Shown here one piece after another: positions 51,576 to 61,528 of a stretch of DNA of 64,000 nucleotides. Positions within the stretch are counted from its first letter, which is position 1. The number at the start of each line of letters is the position of its first letter. Origin of the DNA: Synechococcales cyanobacterium VAR_4_metabat_354 (GTDB lineage Bacteria; Cyanobacteriota; Cyanobacteriia; Cyanobacteriales; Chamaesiphonaceae); assembly GCA_031414775.1 (NCBI GenBank), contig JANOQI010000054.1, positions 1 to 64,000 on the forward strand, in the 5' to 3' direction. The notes below the pieces were generated by a model that did no database searches, was not told the DNA's origin, and was given only the letters and a program-made list of their open reading frames with translations. Position numbers and translations under genes: made by a program.

Positions 51576-51742
51576 TATTATCATCTGTTCAAATGCCTTA
51601 ATCTTACTGGCCACATTTTAACGGTGATTTTGATAGTTGCACTGTTGTCGCCAGTGATTAATCATGATGATTTTAAACCTGTAAAATCGATTGGGATGGC
51701 TGTCGGTTAATATATATATTCACGTCTTAAGCAGCTCTCACT

Positions 51743-53296
51743 ATGATGATTCCAGAATTTCCTCAATTTACGGCACTGGCTGCCCAGGGTAATTTTATTC
51801 CGGTCTATCAAGAATGGGTTGCTGACTTAGATACTCCGATCTCGGCTTGGCAGAAGGTGTGTAGCCAGGAACCTTATAGCTTTTTATTGGAGTCGGTGGA
51901 TGGCGGCGAACAGGTGGGTCGCTACAGCTTTTTAGGCTGCAACCCTTTGTGGGTAATGGAATCTCGGGGTGATAAATCTATTCAAACACACCGCGATGGT
52001 TCTAAGCAGGAATTCACTGGCAATCCTTTTACCATTTTGGCTAGTTGCTTGACAGAATATCAGCCAGTGAAGCTAACTGAACTACCTAGTGGTATTGGTG
52101 GTTTGTTTGGGTTCTGGGGCTATGAATTAATTAAATGGATTGAACCACGGGTACCTGTACATCCAGCTGAGCTGGATGGTTTGCCAGATGGCTGCTGGAT
52201 GCAGGTTGATCATTTAATGATTTTTGACCAGGTGAAGCGCAAAATTTTTGCTGTTGCTTATGCTGACCTCAATGCGGCACAGGGAGATCTGCAACTAGCT
52301 TACCAACGGGCGATCGATCGAGTGCAATCTCTCTTAGATAAGCTGCAAAAAACTACTACTCCCAAGTTTTTGGCGTGGACTCCGCCGACGTCGCTCCAGA
52401 AGCTTTCGGCGACTGAGTTGCCAGCTAATTATCGCAGTAATACTACCAAAGAAAAATACTGTGCCAGTGTCGAAAAAGCCCAGGAGTACATCAAAGCTGG
52501 GGATATTTTTCAGGTAGTAATTTCCCAACGGCTCAGCACCGATTATGTGGGCGAGCCCTTCGATCTCTATCGATCGCTGCGCCTGGTTAATCCTTCGCCT
52601 TACATGGCTTACTTCAATTTTGGCGACTGGCAGATTATTGGTTCTAGCCCCGAAGTAATGGTCAAGGCTGAGCAGCATCTAGGACATATGCAAGCGACGC
52701 TGCGCCCGATCGCGGGTACCAGACCGCGCGGCGCGACTCCGGCTCTGGATGAAGCACTGGCTGCCGAGCTGTTGGCAGACCCCAAAGAAAGAGCAGAACA
52801 CATTATGCTGGTGGATATGGGGCGTAATGATTTGGGGCGGGTGTGTCAAAGCGGCACGGTGGTTGTTGATGAGTTGATGTCGATCGAACGTTACTCGCAT
52901 GTGATGCACATTGTCAGCAATGTGGTGGGCGAGTTAGCTGCTGACCAAACCGCCTGGGATTTAATGCAGGCTTGCTTCCCGGCTGGTACCGTGAGTGGTG
53001 CCCCCAAAATCCGGGCGCTAGAAATCATCTATGAGTTGGAAGGCTGTCGGCGCGATCCTTATGCTGGGGTTTATGGTTATTATGACTTTGAAGGTCAACT
53101 CAATACTGCGATTACCTTACGCACAATGGTGGTAAGACCTCAAGGCCATTCCCTAGGGGATAGCTCCACTGCTCACCATAAAGTTTTTGTGCAAGCTGGT
53201 GCTGGCTTGGTGGCAGATTCTAATCCCGAAAAAGAGTATGAAGAAACGCTGAACAAGGCGCGGGGTCTGTTGGAAGCAATTCGCTGTTTAGAGTAG
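51743..53296 (+). CDS. trpE: Anthranilate synthase component I
   Basis: LLES, NPSPYM, PIAGTRPRG, EHIMLVDMGRND, FPAGTVSGAPK. Confidence 0.96.
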   Translation: MMIPEFPQFTALAAQGNFIPVYQEWVADLDTPISAWQKVCSQEPYSFLLESVDGGEQVGRYSFLGCNPLWVMESRGDKSIQTHRDGSKQEFTGNPFTILASCLTEYQPVKLTELPSGIGGLFGFWGYELIKWIEPRVPVHPAELDGLPDGCWMQVDHLMIFDQVKRKIFAVAYADLNAAQGDLQLAYQRAIDRVQSLLDKLQKTTTPKFLAWTPPTSLQKLSATELPANYRSNTTKEKYCASVEKAQEYIKAGDIFQVVISQRLSTDYVGEPFDLYRSLRLVNPSPYMAYFNFGDWQIIGSSPEVMVKAEQHLGHMQATLRPIAGTRPRGATPALDEALAAELLADPKERAEHIMLVDMGRNDLGRVCQSGTVVVDELMSIERYSHVMHIVSNVVGELAADQTAWDLMQACFPAGTVSGAPKIRALEIIYELEGCRRDPYAGVYGYYDFEGQLNTAITLRTMVVRPQGHSLGDSSTAHHKVFVQAGAGLVADSNPEKEYEETLNKARGLLEAIRCLE

Positions 53297-53310
53297 ATAA
53301 CGGACGAGGT

Positions 53311-54216
53311 ATGAAAAATCGTAATCAGGCGCAGCGAGGTCGTTTTCGACGACAACAATTAGTCCAAATCCAGAGCCGTGATGGGAAGTTTCATATTCCC
53401 AATATGGGTGCTTGGTATACCTATTGGCGCGATCCTTATCATTTGTTTTTGACGATTCCGTGGGCGGGCTTTGCTGGCATTGTGACGGTGGCATATCTAG
53501 GGATCAATGCTCTCTTTGCCCTGGCTTATTTGGCTGGTGGGAACTGCTTAGAGGGGGCGAGAGCGGGTAGTTTTGCGGATGCTTTCTTTTTTAGCGTGCA
53601 AACTCTGGGATCGATCGGCTATGGTGCCATGCATCCAATTACTTTTTATGCCAATTGCGTGGTGACGGCGGAAGCAATTATCAGTTTATTGCTAATTGCT
53701 GTTGTTACGGGGCTGGCTTTTGCCCGCTTTTCTCGCCCTCAGGCCAAAGTAATTTTTAGCAATGAAGCGGTGATCACTAAATATAATGGGGTGCCAACTT
53801 TGATGTTTCGGATTGCCAACGAGCGGCAAAATATGATTATTGAAGCTCAGCTCCAAGTCTATTTGTTGGTGGATGAGACCACTCAAGAAGGCCATTTTAT
53901 GCGTCGTTTTCACGAACTGAAGATGATGCGTAATCGCACCCCTGCTCTTAGTCTCACTTGGACACCGCTGCATTCGATCGATCAAGATAGTCCGCTGTTC
54001 GGTCATACTCCTGAGTCTTTAGCCCAGCTGAATGCCCAAATTCAGGCTTCAATTACCGGTATCGATGAGGCTGTTTCTTACAATATTAGTGCTCGTCATA
54101 ACTATGCCAGTCATGAAATTCTTTATCACCACCGCTTTGTCGATATTGTAGTGCCTCAAGCTAATGGCGATCGACATATCGACTATCGGCATTTTCATAC
54201 CGTGGTGCCCAGCTAA
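53311..54216 (+). CDS. Inward-rectifier-type K+ channel (KirBac)
   Basis: FFFSVQTLGSIGYG pore, FARFSRP, PTLMFRIANER. Confidence 0.93.
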   Translation: MKNRNQAQRGRFRRQQLVQIQSRDGKFHIPNMGAWYTYWRDPYHLFLTIPWAGFAGIVTVAYLGINALFALAYLAGGNCLEGARAGSFADAFFFSVQTLGSIGYGAMHPITFYANCVVTAEAIISLLLIAVVTGLAFARFSRPQAKVIFSNEAVITKYNGVPTLMFRIANERQNMIIEAQLQVYLLVDETTQEGHFMRRFHELKMMRNRTPALSLTWTPLHSIDQDSPLFGHTPESLAQLNAQIQASITGIDEAVSYNISARHNYASHEILYHHRFVDIVVPQANGDRHIDYRHFHTVVPS

Positions 54217-55487
54217 CTGCCCATAATTTGTTTGAGCACTGAGGAATCTACTTTACCAAAATGGATACTGCTAGCTGCTTGCCAATTTTCAAAGAATTTA
54301 ATCAGCCATGGTACCTGATCGCGATTGGTTTGGTAGTAGTGATTAAAGAGAATAGATAAGCGGTGATTGAGAGAAGTTTGGGCTTTGGGGCAAATAAAAA
54401 TAATCTTGAGCAGCAACCCCACTGTAGCTGCCGAGCCAAAATTGGATACCAGATCGATGAGCACCACATGGTTTGGTCGTTCTGCGCTATCGATTACTAA
54501 GAAATTCAATAGTTGGGTGTAAGTACGTACCTGAGATAACTCATCTAAGGGTTTAGGATGATTTTCTGGTAGAATATCGCGCAGGTGATGTTTGAGGCGA
54601 GTTTTAAAGCTTTGCTGAGCATAGACTGAGGTGTTGAAATCTTTGCTGAGATAGATATATAGGTTTTCTTTAAACTCGCCAAAAGTCATCGGTTGTTGCA
54701 TGAGCACCAAAAAGGCACAAGCGCTATCCCAATAGCTATCCCCATCTTTGGGTTGACTCACAAAAGACTGTAAGGAAATACCAAAGTCCCGACTTTTCAG
54801 CATCGTGGGATTAGCTACTGGCACGATCGTTTTTTGGGGATCGGGGTGCTGTTTTAGCCGAGCTTTCCGAATTTGATAGGTAAGGTACTGAGAGAATCTA
54901 AATTCATAATCGCGCTGTGACCGTCTCTTGATTCTTTGGACTACTTCTAAATAATTTTTCGGCACATCTTCAGACAGCAAATTAGACTCATAAAGAAATG
55001 GGTAGCGGTCTATTAAGGTGCCTAGGATCGGATTGGCATTCAGATCAGTCGATCGTCGTGTCACAATGTTCTGGAGTTTGCGTAGCCGCTGAAAATACTC
55101 ACTTTGGGCGTAGAGTTTCCACAGATAATTTAAGCGCCGGGGCAATTTGGCGTAGATTTGTTCTTTGCCATTTTCTACTTTGAGAATGATGTCGATGAGC
55201 TGGCTCACAAATGATGTGTGGCCAGTAGTCAGCCAGTGGGTAATCAGCTGGTAGCAACATCGATCGATAATTTTTAAAAATTCGCGCTCGGCACTTCGCT
55301 CTTTACTCAAGGCTAACTCTTCTACGGCCACACCAACCAGCAGATCAGGATTTCCAGAACCTTCAATGAAAAGATTTTGAAACAACTCCAACGTTTTGTC
55401 AGTGGTGTTTTCTCGCAAACTAGATTCTAGCCAACTATCAATAGATGTTGCGGTGCGCGAATTGGATTGCCAGCTAGACGTAACCAT
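54213..55487 (-). CDS. Conserved cyanobacterial hypothetical protein
   Basis: Long helical ORF (RCCYQLITHW, RYPFLYE, GLLLKIIFICP, LFNHY); start reassigned to 55487. Confidence 0.82.
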   Translation of the reverse strand: MVTSSWQSNSRTATSIDSWLESSLRENTTDKTLELFQNLFIEGSGNPDLLVGVAVEELALSKERSAEREFLKIIDRCCYQLITHWLTTGHTSFVSQLIDIILKVENGKEQIYAKLPRRLNYLWKLYAQSEYFQRLRKLQNIVTRRSTDLNANPILGTLIDRYPFLYESNLLSEDVPKNYLEVVQRIKRRSQRDYEFRFSQYLTYQIRKARLKQHPDPQKTIVPVANPTMLKSRDFGISLQSFVSQPKDGDSYWDSACAFLVLMQQPMTFGEFKENLYIYLSKDFNTSVYAQQSFKTRLKHHLRDILPENHPKPLDELSQVRTYTQLLNFLVIDSAERPNHVVLIDLVSNFGSAATVGLLLKIIFICPKAQTSLNHRLSILFNHYYQTNRDQVPWLIKFFENWQAASSIHFGKVDSSVLKQIMGS

Positions 55488-55677
55488 GGAGGAGTCCCTA
55501 AAAAGTATGTATAGGCCGTTGTAAAACGATGTATTTCTACATCCACATCCGATCTCTAATATGCCCAAGGGGTTAAAAAACTATCAATTTCTTTAGATCT
55601 TTCAGACATTTATCAGTTTCCGAAGCACTCGATCGATGATAATTTAACCTGATGAAGCAAGCGCAAACGAGCAGATC

Positions 55678-56448
55678 ATGGCGGCACCACAATTAAACAC
55701 AATCCAACTCGGTAGCAGTGGCCATCCGCTGCTGATGCTACATGGTTGGGGACAAAATCTTCGCTCCCTGCAACCGATGGGGGAGCTACTGGCTGATATG
55801 GCTCAGATTCACATTCTGGATTTGCCGGGATTTGGCAAGTCGGAGCCGCCCTCAGAAGATTGGAATACTACTCAATATGCCGATCGGGTGGTGGCTTATA
55901 TGGATGAGCATGGCATCGCCAGAACTGACTTGTTAGGTCATTCCTTTGGGGGGCGGGTATCGATGCGATTGGCACATAAATATCCCGATCGAGTGCGATC
56001 AATCATTATGATTAATTCCGGTGGTCTCCAGAGCAAAAAAACTTGGCAAAAGTCATTGCGTAGTCAATGGATTAAGACCATGCGCGGGGCTTTTAAGGTT
56101 TCGCCAATCAACAAGCAAGCTTTGCTAGACTGGCACAGTCAAAAATATGGCTCGCGAGATTATCTCAATGCTGGCCAACTGCGAGGCACTTTGGTAAAAA
56201 CAGTCCGAGAAGACGTGACAGACATCGTGCCGCAGATTAAAGCACCCGTGTTGCTGTTGTGGGGCGAAGCCGACACCGAAACGCCGGTAGAGATGGCGCA
56301 TCGCTATCATCGACTGTTTCCCAATTCGCAGCTAATTACGGTGCCCCGACGGGATCACTTTATCTATCAAAACGAGGGAGCACACCTTTGTGCTTACTAT
56401 GTACAGCAGTTTCTGACTGCTCAAAATGCTGTTCTCACCGCTGTTTAA
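55678..56448 (+). CDS. Alpha/beta hydrolase
   Basis: HGWG oxyanion motif, GHSFG nucleophile elbow, WGEADTETP (Asp) and DHF (His). Confidence 0.93.
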   Translation: MAAPQLNTIQLGSSGHPLLMLHGWGQNLRSLQPMGELLADMAQIHILDLPGFGKSEPPSEDWNTTQYADRVVAYMDEHGIARTDLLGHSFGGRVSMRLAHKYPDRVRSIIMINSGGLQSKKTWQKSLRSQWIKTMRGAFKVSPINKQALLDWHSQKYGSRDYLNAGQLRGTLVKTVREDVTDIVPQIKAPVLLLWGEADTETPVEMAHRYHRLFPNSQLITVPRRDHFIYQNEGAHLCAYYVQQFLTAQNAVLTAV

Positions 56449-56467
56449 CTAAATACTTGCTGCTCCC

Positions 56468-58102
56468 ATGTCTTTTCCCTTTCTAATTTTGGCGATTATT
56501 GCCAGTAGCGTCGTCCTCTTTTACGTGCGCCGATCGCTACGTTACCTTCAGTTTTTTCAGCAGGAAGAATATAACTCCAGTCGCTTCATTAACTGGTGGC
56601 TAGAAAAACGGGCTTTTGATACCCGTGGTTCATTGGTGGCAATAATTACGGGCGGTATCAGTCTGGCGCTGGCGGCTTATGCCTGGGGAACAGTAGGCGT
56701 GAGCTTATTGGGAGGTATTTTATTAATTGCAGCGTCTTGGACGGAAGATGACCCACGCAAAGTCGGGAAAATTAAGCTGAATATGACCGATCGATTAACT
56801 GCTATTTATCAGCTATCGATCGTCCTCTACAGCGTCGTAGTAATCGGGATTCTGGCCTTAATTGTGGGCTTTGGTTTTGGCGCTGCGCCGATTCTGTGGC
56901 TGGTTACGCTGACGCTAATTCAAAGCACGCCACTCTGGATTATGTTGGCCAATGCCATCCTCTGGCCAGCAGAAGAGAAAAAACAACAGGCTTTTTTGAG
57001 TGAGGCCAAGGAAATCTTGGCCGACTACGATCCTTATGTGATCGGGATTACCGGCAGTTATGGTAAGACCAGTACCAAGGCAATTTTGGGCAGTTTGTTG
57101 GAAGCGATCGAACCCACTTTCTGGACTCCTGGTAGCATCAACACCGAAATGGGGATTACCCGCCAAATTCGAGAAAATCTCAAACGCCAGCAGCGTCTCG
57201 CCATTATTGAAATGGGCGCTTATCAGATGGGATCGATTTCCAAGCTTTGTCGGCTAACCCCGCCGGATGCTGGTTTGGTGACCGCCGTCGGCGTGATGCA
57301 CTTAGAAAGATTTGGCGGTGCCGAGAATATCTATAAAGCTAAGTGTGAATTACCTCAAGCCTTACCCGCCGAAGGTTTGTTGGTGTGCAATGGCGATAAC
57401 CCTGGCGCTAGGCAAATGGCTACCGATTATCCGAAAGCGCGGACGCTTTTGTACGGTTTAGAGCCAGAAAAAGGACATCTAGATTGCTGGATGTCGGAGA
57501 TTGCGGCGACGATGCAGGGCACGACCTTTAATCTACATTGGCAAGATCAAGTCTATCCAGGGTTTACCAAGTTGTTGGGCGTGCCGATGCTCTCCAACTT
57601 AGTGGGAGCCTTTGCGATGGCCTGCGCTTTGGGGAAAAGCCCCGAGTATGTGATGGCCGCCATTCGCAGTATTGAACCAGCCAATAATCGCCTAAATTTG
57701 CGGAAAAACGGTGATGGCTTTATTTTGGATGATTCTTACAATTCCAATCCGATCGGCTTTGTCTCGGCACTGGAAGTTCTCGGGACTTTAGCCGGGGGTC
57801 GCAAGATTTTGATGACTCCAGGGATGGTGGAATTGGGCGAAATTCAGGCTGCGGAAAATCGTCAAGCTGCTTTAAAGGCCGCTGAAATCTGCGACTTAGT
57901 AATTCTAGTCGGCGACACTAACCGCGCTGCGCTGCGTTCCGGTTTGAAAGATGGTGGTTTACCGGCAGCGCAAATCTTAGAATTCGACAACCGCGATTTA
58001 GCACTGGCGCATCTGATGGATGCTAAGTTCAAGCAGCCCGGCGATTTGATTTTGATTGAGAATGACCTGCCCGACCTCTACGAAGCTGAAGCCAAATTTT
58101 AA
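56468..58102 (+). CDS. murF: Membrane-anchored MurF-like Mur ligase
   Basis: About 165-aa hydrophobic N-terminus, GITGSYGKTSTK, EMGA, HLERFG, DDSYNSNP, PGMVELG. Confidence 0.88.
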   Translation: MSFPFLILAIIASSVVLFYVRRSLRYLQFFQQEEYNSSRFINWWLEKRAFDTRGSLVAIITGGISLALAAYAWGTVGVSLLGGILLIAASWTEDDPRKVGKIKLNMTDRLTAIYQLSIVLYSVVVIGILALIVGFGFGAAPILWLVTLTLIQSTPLWIMLANAILWPAEEKKQQAFLSEAKEILADYDPYVIGITGSYGKTSTKAILGSLLEAIEPTFWTPGSINTEMGITRQIRENLKRQQRLAIIEMGAYQMGSISKLCRLTPPDAGLVTAVGVMHLERFGGAENIYKAKCELPQALPAEGLLVCNGDNPGARQMATDYPKARTLLYGLEPEKGHLDCWMSEIAATMQGTTFNLHWQDQVYPGFTKLLGVPMLSNLVGAFAMACALGKSPEYVMAAIRSIEPANNRLNLRKNGDGFILDDSYNSNPIGFVSALEVLGTLAGGRKILMTPGMVELGEIQAAENRQAALKAAEICDLVILVGDTNRAALRSGLKDGGLPAAQILEFDNRDLALAHLMDAKFKQPGDLILIENDLPDLYEAEAKF

Positions 58103-58117
58103 TCTGTAACTAAAATT

Positions 58118-59326
58118 ATGAGTAAGAAAAAAAATATTGCAGTTTTATTTGGTGGTCGATCAGTCGAACACGAAATCTCGGTAATTACGGCTTTGCAGCT
58201 GATCAACGTGCTAGATGTCACCCAATACAATCCAGTGCCGGTCTATATTGCCCAATCTGGTCGTTGGTATGTGGGAGATCGGCTCCTAGAAAAATCGTTT
58301 TATCGGGGCTTACCTGGCGCGGTGCGAGAAGTTCAAGAAGTAGCACTGATTCCGATCGCTGGCAGTAAGGGCTTAACGGTAATTAATCCCAAGCGTGGTT
58401 TGTTTGGTTTTGGTCAGGTCGCTGCCGAAATAGTACCGATCGATGTCTACTTTTTGGCTTTCCATGGGACCTTCGGCGAAGATGGCTGTATTCAAGGAAT
58501 GCTGGAGATGGCCGATGCCACCTACACGGGCTGTACGGTGTTGCCAGCAGCTTTGGGCATGAACAAGTACAAGTGTAAAAAGGTACTAGCCGCCGTAGGC
58601 ATTCCAGTGTTACCAGCCGGGTTGGTTGATCGATCGATCGCTCAAAAAAGTCTAGCGCAAGTGCGGGAACAGATTTTTGCCACGCCCGGTTTAGAGCAAC
58701 TACCGCTATTTGTGAAGCCTTGTAATTTGGGTTCCAGTATTGGGATTGGGGTGGCCACCGACGAAGCTTCTTTGAATGGTTGTTTGGTAAATACTTTTCG
58801 GTATGATTCGCAAGCGATCGTGGAACCCTGCGTGAAGGACATTATTGAAATTAATGTATCGGTGGTGGGCGATGAAGATGGGGTGACGGCTTCGGTAGTA
58901 GAAATGCCGGTGTCTTTGAGTGGGGTTTTGACCTATGAAGAGAAGTATCTCCGCGATGATGGCGCGAAGAAAAATAGTGATAGCGATGCTCAGGGGATGG
59001 CGAATCTAGCGCGGATTATTGACCCACCGGATCTTGATCCGGCGCTGAAGCAAGCGGGGATTGACTATGCCAAAAAGGCTTTTCAAACGTTGGGCTGTAG
59101 TGGTGTTTCCCGGATTGATTTTATTATTGATAGCAATACCGATCAGCTGTATTTCAATGAAATCAATACATTACCAGGATCGTTGTCTTTCTATTTGTGG
59201 ATGAAGTCACAACCAAAGGTGGTGTATACGGAGTTGCTGAATAGGATTATTCAGCAGGCGGAGAAGCGGCAGGGAACGAAGTTGTCGTTGAAGCGGCAGG
59301 AGGGAATGCGGGCTTTGTTCAAGTAG
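58118..59326 (+). CDS. ddl: D-alanine--D-alanine ligase family protein
   Basis: FGGRSVEHEIS, HGTFGEDG, KPCNLGSSIG, YEEKY, RIDF, NEINTLPG. Confidence 0.92.
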   Translation: MSKKKNIAVLFGGRSVEHEISVITALQLINVLDVTQYNPVPVYIAQSGRWYVGDRLLEKSFYRGLPGAVREVQEVALIPIAGSKGLTVINPKRGLFGFGQVAAEIVPIDVYFLAFHGTFGEDGCIQGMLEMADATYTGCTVLPAALGMNKYKCKKVLAAVGIPVLPAGLVDRSIAQKSLAQVREQIFATPGLEQLPLFVKPCNLGSSIGIGVATDEASLNGCLVNTFRYDSQAIVEPCVKDIIEINVSVVGDEDGVTASVVEMPVSLSGVLTYEEKYLRDDGAKKNSDSDAQGMANLARIIDPPDLDPALKQAGIDYAKKAFQTLGCSGVSRIDFIIDSNTDQLYFNEINTLPGSLSFYLWMKSQPKVVYTELLNRIIQQAEKRQGTKLSLKRQEGMRALFK

Positions 59327-59416
59327 TTTACATCACGTTTCAGCCAATTTACCCTAATTTGTAAAGTGATCAAGCCGTATGCAATCCAGCGTCACCCCAA
59401 CAGAATTCAGCAATAT

Positions 59417-61084
59417 TTAAACTCCAGTCAAAAACCTCGTATAACTAGCGACCACCGCCATCATTGTCGGGAAGAATTGTTTAGCTCCCACCTGTTCGAC
59501 AAAACCAGCGCGTTGTAACTCGGCAAAAATTCGGGGTTTCACGGCCACGAAACCAAGCACCATTCCTTGCTGAGCTAGTTCATCATGTAAATCTACTAAC
59601 ATCTCGATCGCAGTGATATCTATTGCTCCGATCGCTTCCGCATTTAAGATCAACCACCTCACGGGTGAATGTGCTTGTTCCAGAGCAGCGCGCACCCGAC
59701 TGTTAAAATTGTCAGCATTACCAAAAAACAGCGGCGCATCGTAACGATAAACTACCAACCCTGGCATCTTTATAATCGGAGAGTTGCTGCCAACATATTC
59801 CCCGGCTGGCCTATCTAGCGATTTTTCCCAGACCGCATCCGTCGGGTTAGCCATCCGGAGCAAAAACTCCAGTAGCGATAGCAGCATTGCTACCAATACA
59901 CCAGTCGTAATACTAGTAAAGAGCACGCCCACACTAGTCACCAGTGCCAACATAAATTCACTGAGCCGAAAGCGGTAGAGCCGCACAAATTCGGGAATTT
60001 CAATCAGGCGGCTGGCCGCATAGATGACGATCGATCCTAAAGCAGCTTTCGGAAACAAGGCTAAGACTGGCCGCAGGAAAAGCAGCACCAGAATCACTAC
60101 CACCAAGGCCACCACTGAAAACAATTGGGTCTTACTGCCTAGTGATTCACCCAGCGCTGTCCGACTACCACTACTGCTAATCGGAAAGCCCTGCATCAAG
60201 CCATTGCCCAGGTTACAGCAACCGAGAGCCAGTAATTCTTGATTGGCATCAATTTGATAGCCATTCCGACTGGCAAAAGCGCGAGCAGTCAGGACATTAT
60301 CGGCATATCCGACCAGTGCAATACCCAATGCGGCAATGGTGAGAGCTTGAATGTTGTCGAGCGATACCGGCGGCAAGGCTAAACTGGGCAGCCCCGCCGG
60401 GATATCCCCAATAATCTGGATACCAGCCTGATCGAGGTGCCCAGCAGCCACGGCACTGGTTGCTAGTAACACCGCCAAGAGAGGAGCCGGTGCTTGGGGA
60501 GCAAGCCGCTGTAAGCTATACATCAGAAATAATACCGCCAAGGCTAGGGTCAAGGTGGGGAGATGAATCTGCTCCCACTTGCTCACCAATTCACTGATCG
60601 TGCCGCCGATCGAAGTAGCCGTCAGGGACAAGTTAGTAATGTTACTCAATTGCCCCACCATCATCAGTAGCGAGACCCCAGTCATATACCCAATTAAAAT
60701 TGGTTTGGAGAGCAGATTAGCCAAATATCCCAAGCGTAGAATATAGCCCATCAAACAAATGATTCCTACCATCAGGGCGAGCAATGATGCTAGACCAGCA
60801 TAGTTATCACCGATAGCCAACGGTGCAATGGTTGCCGCCGTTAACAGGGCGGTACCAGATTCTGGTCCTACCGATAGCTGGCGCGATGAACCCAGAAAAG
60901 TGTACAGAAACAGGGGCAGCAAAATTGCCCAGAGACCAGCTACCGGTTGCACCCCGGCTAATTCTCCATAGGCCATGCATTGCGGAATTAAGTAGGCTGC
61001 AACAGTGATGCCAGCTAGTAGGTCGCCCCGTAACCAAGTGGATTGGTAAAAGAATAATGTTGGCAATCCAGGCAGTTTAGGCAA
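59417..61084 (-). CDS. SulP family anion transporter with STAS domain
   Basis: DLLAGITV..IPQCMAY, GSSRQLSVGP, NQELLALG, APLFFGNA. Confidence 0.94.
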   Translation of the reverse strand: MPKLPGLPTLFFYQSTWLRGDLLAGITVAAYLIPQCMAYGELAGVQPVAGLWAILLPLFLYTFLGSSRQLSVGPESGTALLTAATIAPLAIGDNYAGLASLLALMVGIICLMGYILRLGYLANLLSKPILIGYMTGVSLLMMVGQLSNITNLSLTATSIGGTISELVSKWEQIHLPTLTLALAVLFLMYSLQRLAPQAPAPLLAVLLATSAVAAGHLDQAGIQIIGDIPAGLPSLALPPVSLDNIQALTIAALGIALVGYADNVLTARAFASRNGYQIDANQELLALGCCNLGNGLMQGFPISSSGSRTALGESLGSKTQLFSVVALVVVILVLLFLRPVLALFPKAALGSIVIYAASRLIEIPEFVRLYRFRLSEFMLALVTSVGVLFTSITTGVLVAMLLSLLEFLLRMANPTDAVWEKSLDRPAGEYVGSNSPIIKMPGLVVYRYDAPLFFGNADNFNSRVRAALEQAHSPVRWLILNAEAIGAIDITAIEMLVDLHDELAQQGMVLGFVAVKPRIFAELQRAGFVEQVGAKQFFPTMMAVVASYTRFLTGV

Positions 61085-61174
61085 GCGACATTCTCACGAA
61101 ATAATCATACTAAATGTAATTCAAGGGCATCGGGTTGCGCAAAAACTCATAAAATCTATTTTATCGATCGATAG

Positions 61175-61205
61175 CAAAACCCCGACCAAATCAGCCGGGG
61201 TTTTG
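61175..61205. terminator. Intrinsic terminator after the small ORF
   Basis: CAAAACCCCG-N11-CGGGGTTTTG. Confidence 0.75.
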
Positions 61206-61227
61206 AGCAATTCAAAAATACTGAGAA

Positions 61228-61431
61228 TTAACAGCCTTGCCGAGAAGATAGCTTCTCGCACTGGGCTTGAGTTTCTTGCAATAATACTTGTAAGCTATCG
61301 CCGGACTGCATTAAGTCTGGTACTAAATTACGCGCTTGTAGAGCCATATGCAGTTGCAAATGCGCTACATAGTCACTAATCTCGGCACCGAGGGACGGCT
61401 CTAACTGAGGTGGAGTGTTGGGCGTTTCCAT
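61228..61431 (-). CDS. Small cyanobacterial hypothetical protein (67 aa from METPN)
   Basis: Core YVAHLQLHMALQARNLVP; followed by a terminator. Confidence 0.75.
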   Translation of the reverse strand: METPNTPPQLEPSLGAEISDYVAHLQLHMALQARNLVPDLMQSGDSLQVLLQETQAQCEKLSSRQGC

Positions 61432-61528
61432 CTGTAATTGTGTGTTCGGTAAACAAAAAGTATCACAATACATTCACTTACTGCCAGATCTTGCAAACAA
61501 ACGTTTACAAACTCAAGTTACCCCGCAG

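Noticed and set aside
55678..59326. vanHAX-type glycopeptide resistance cluster
   Set aside because: No D-lactate dehydrogenase, VanX/VanY metallopeptidase or VanRS nearby, and Ddl retains the omega-loop Tyr
61459..61482. NtcA site upstream of the small ORF
   Set aside because: GTA...TAC spacing is 6, not 8; the N8 alternative has a mismatch
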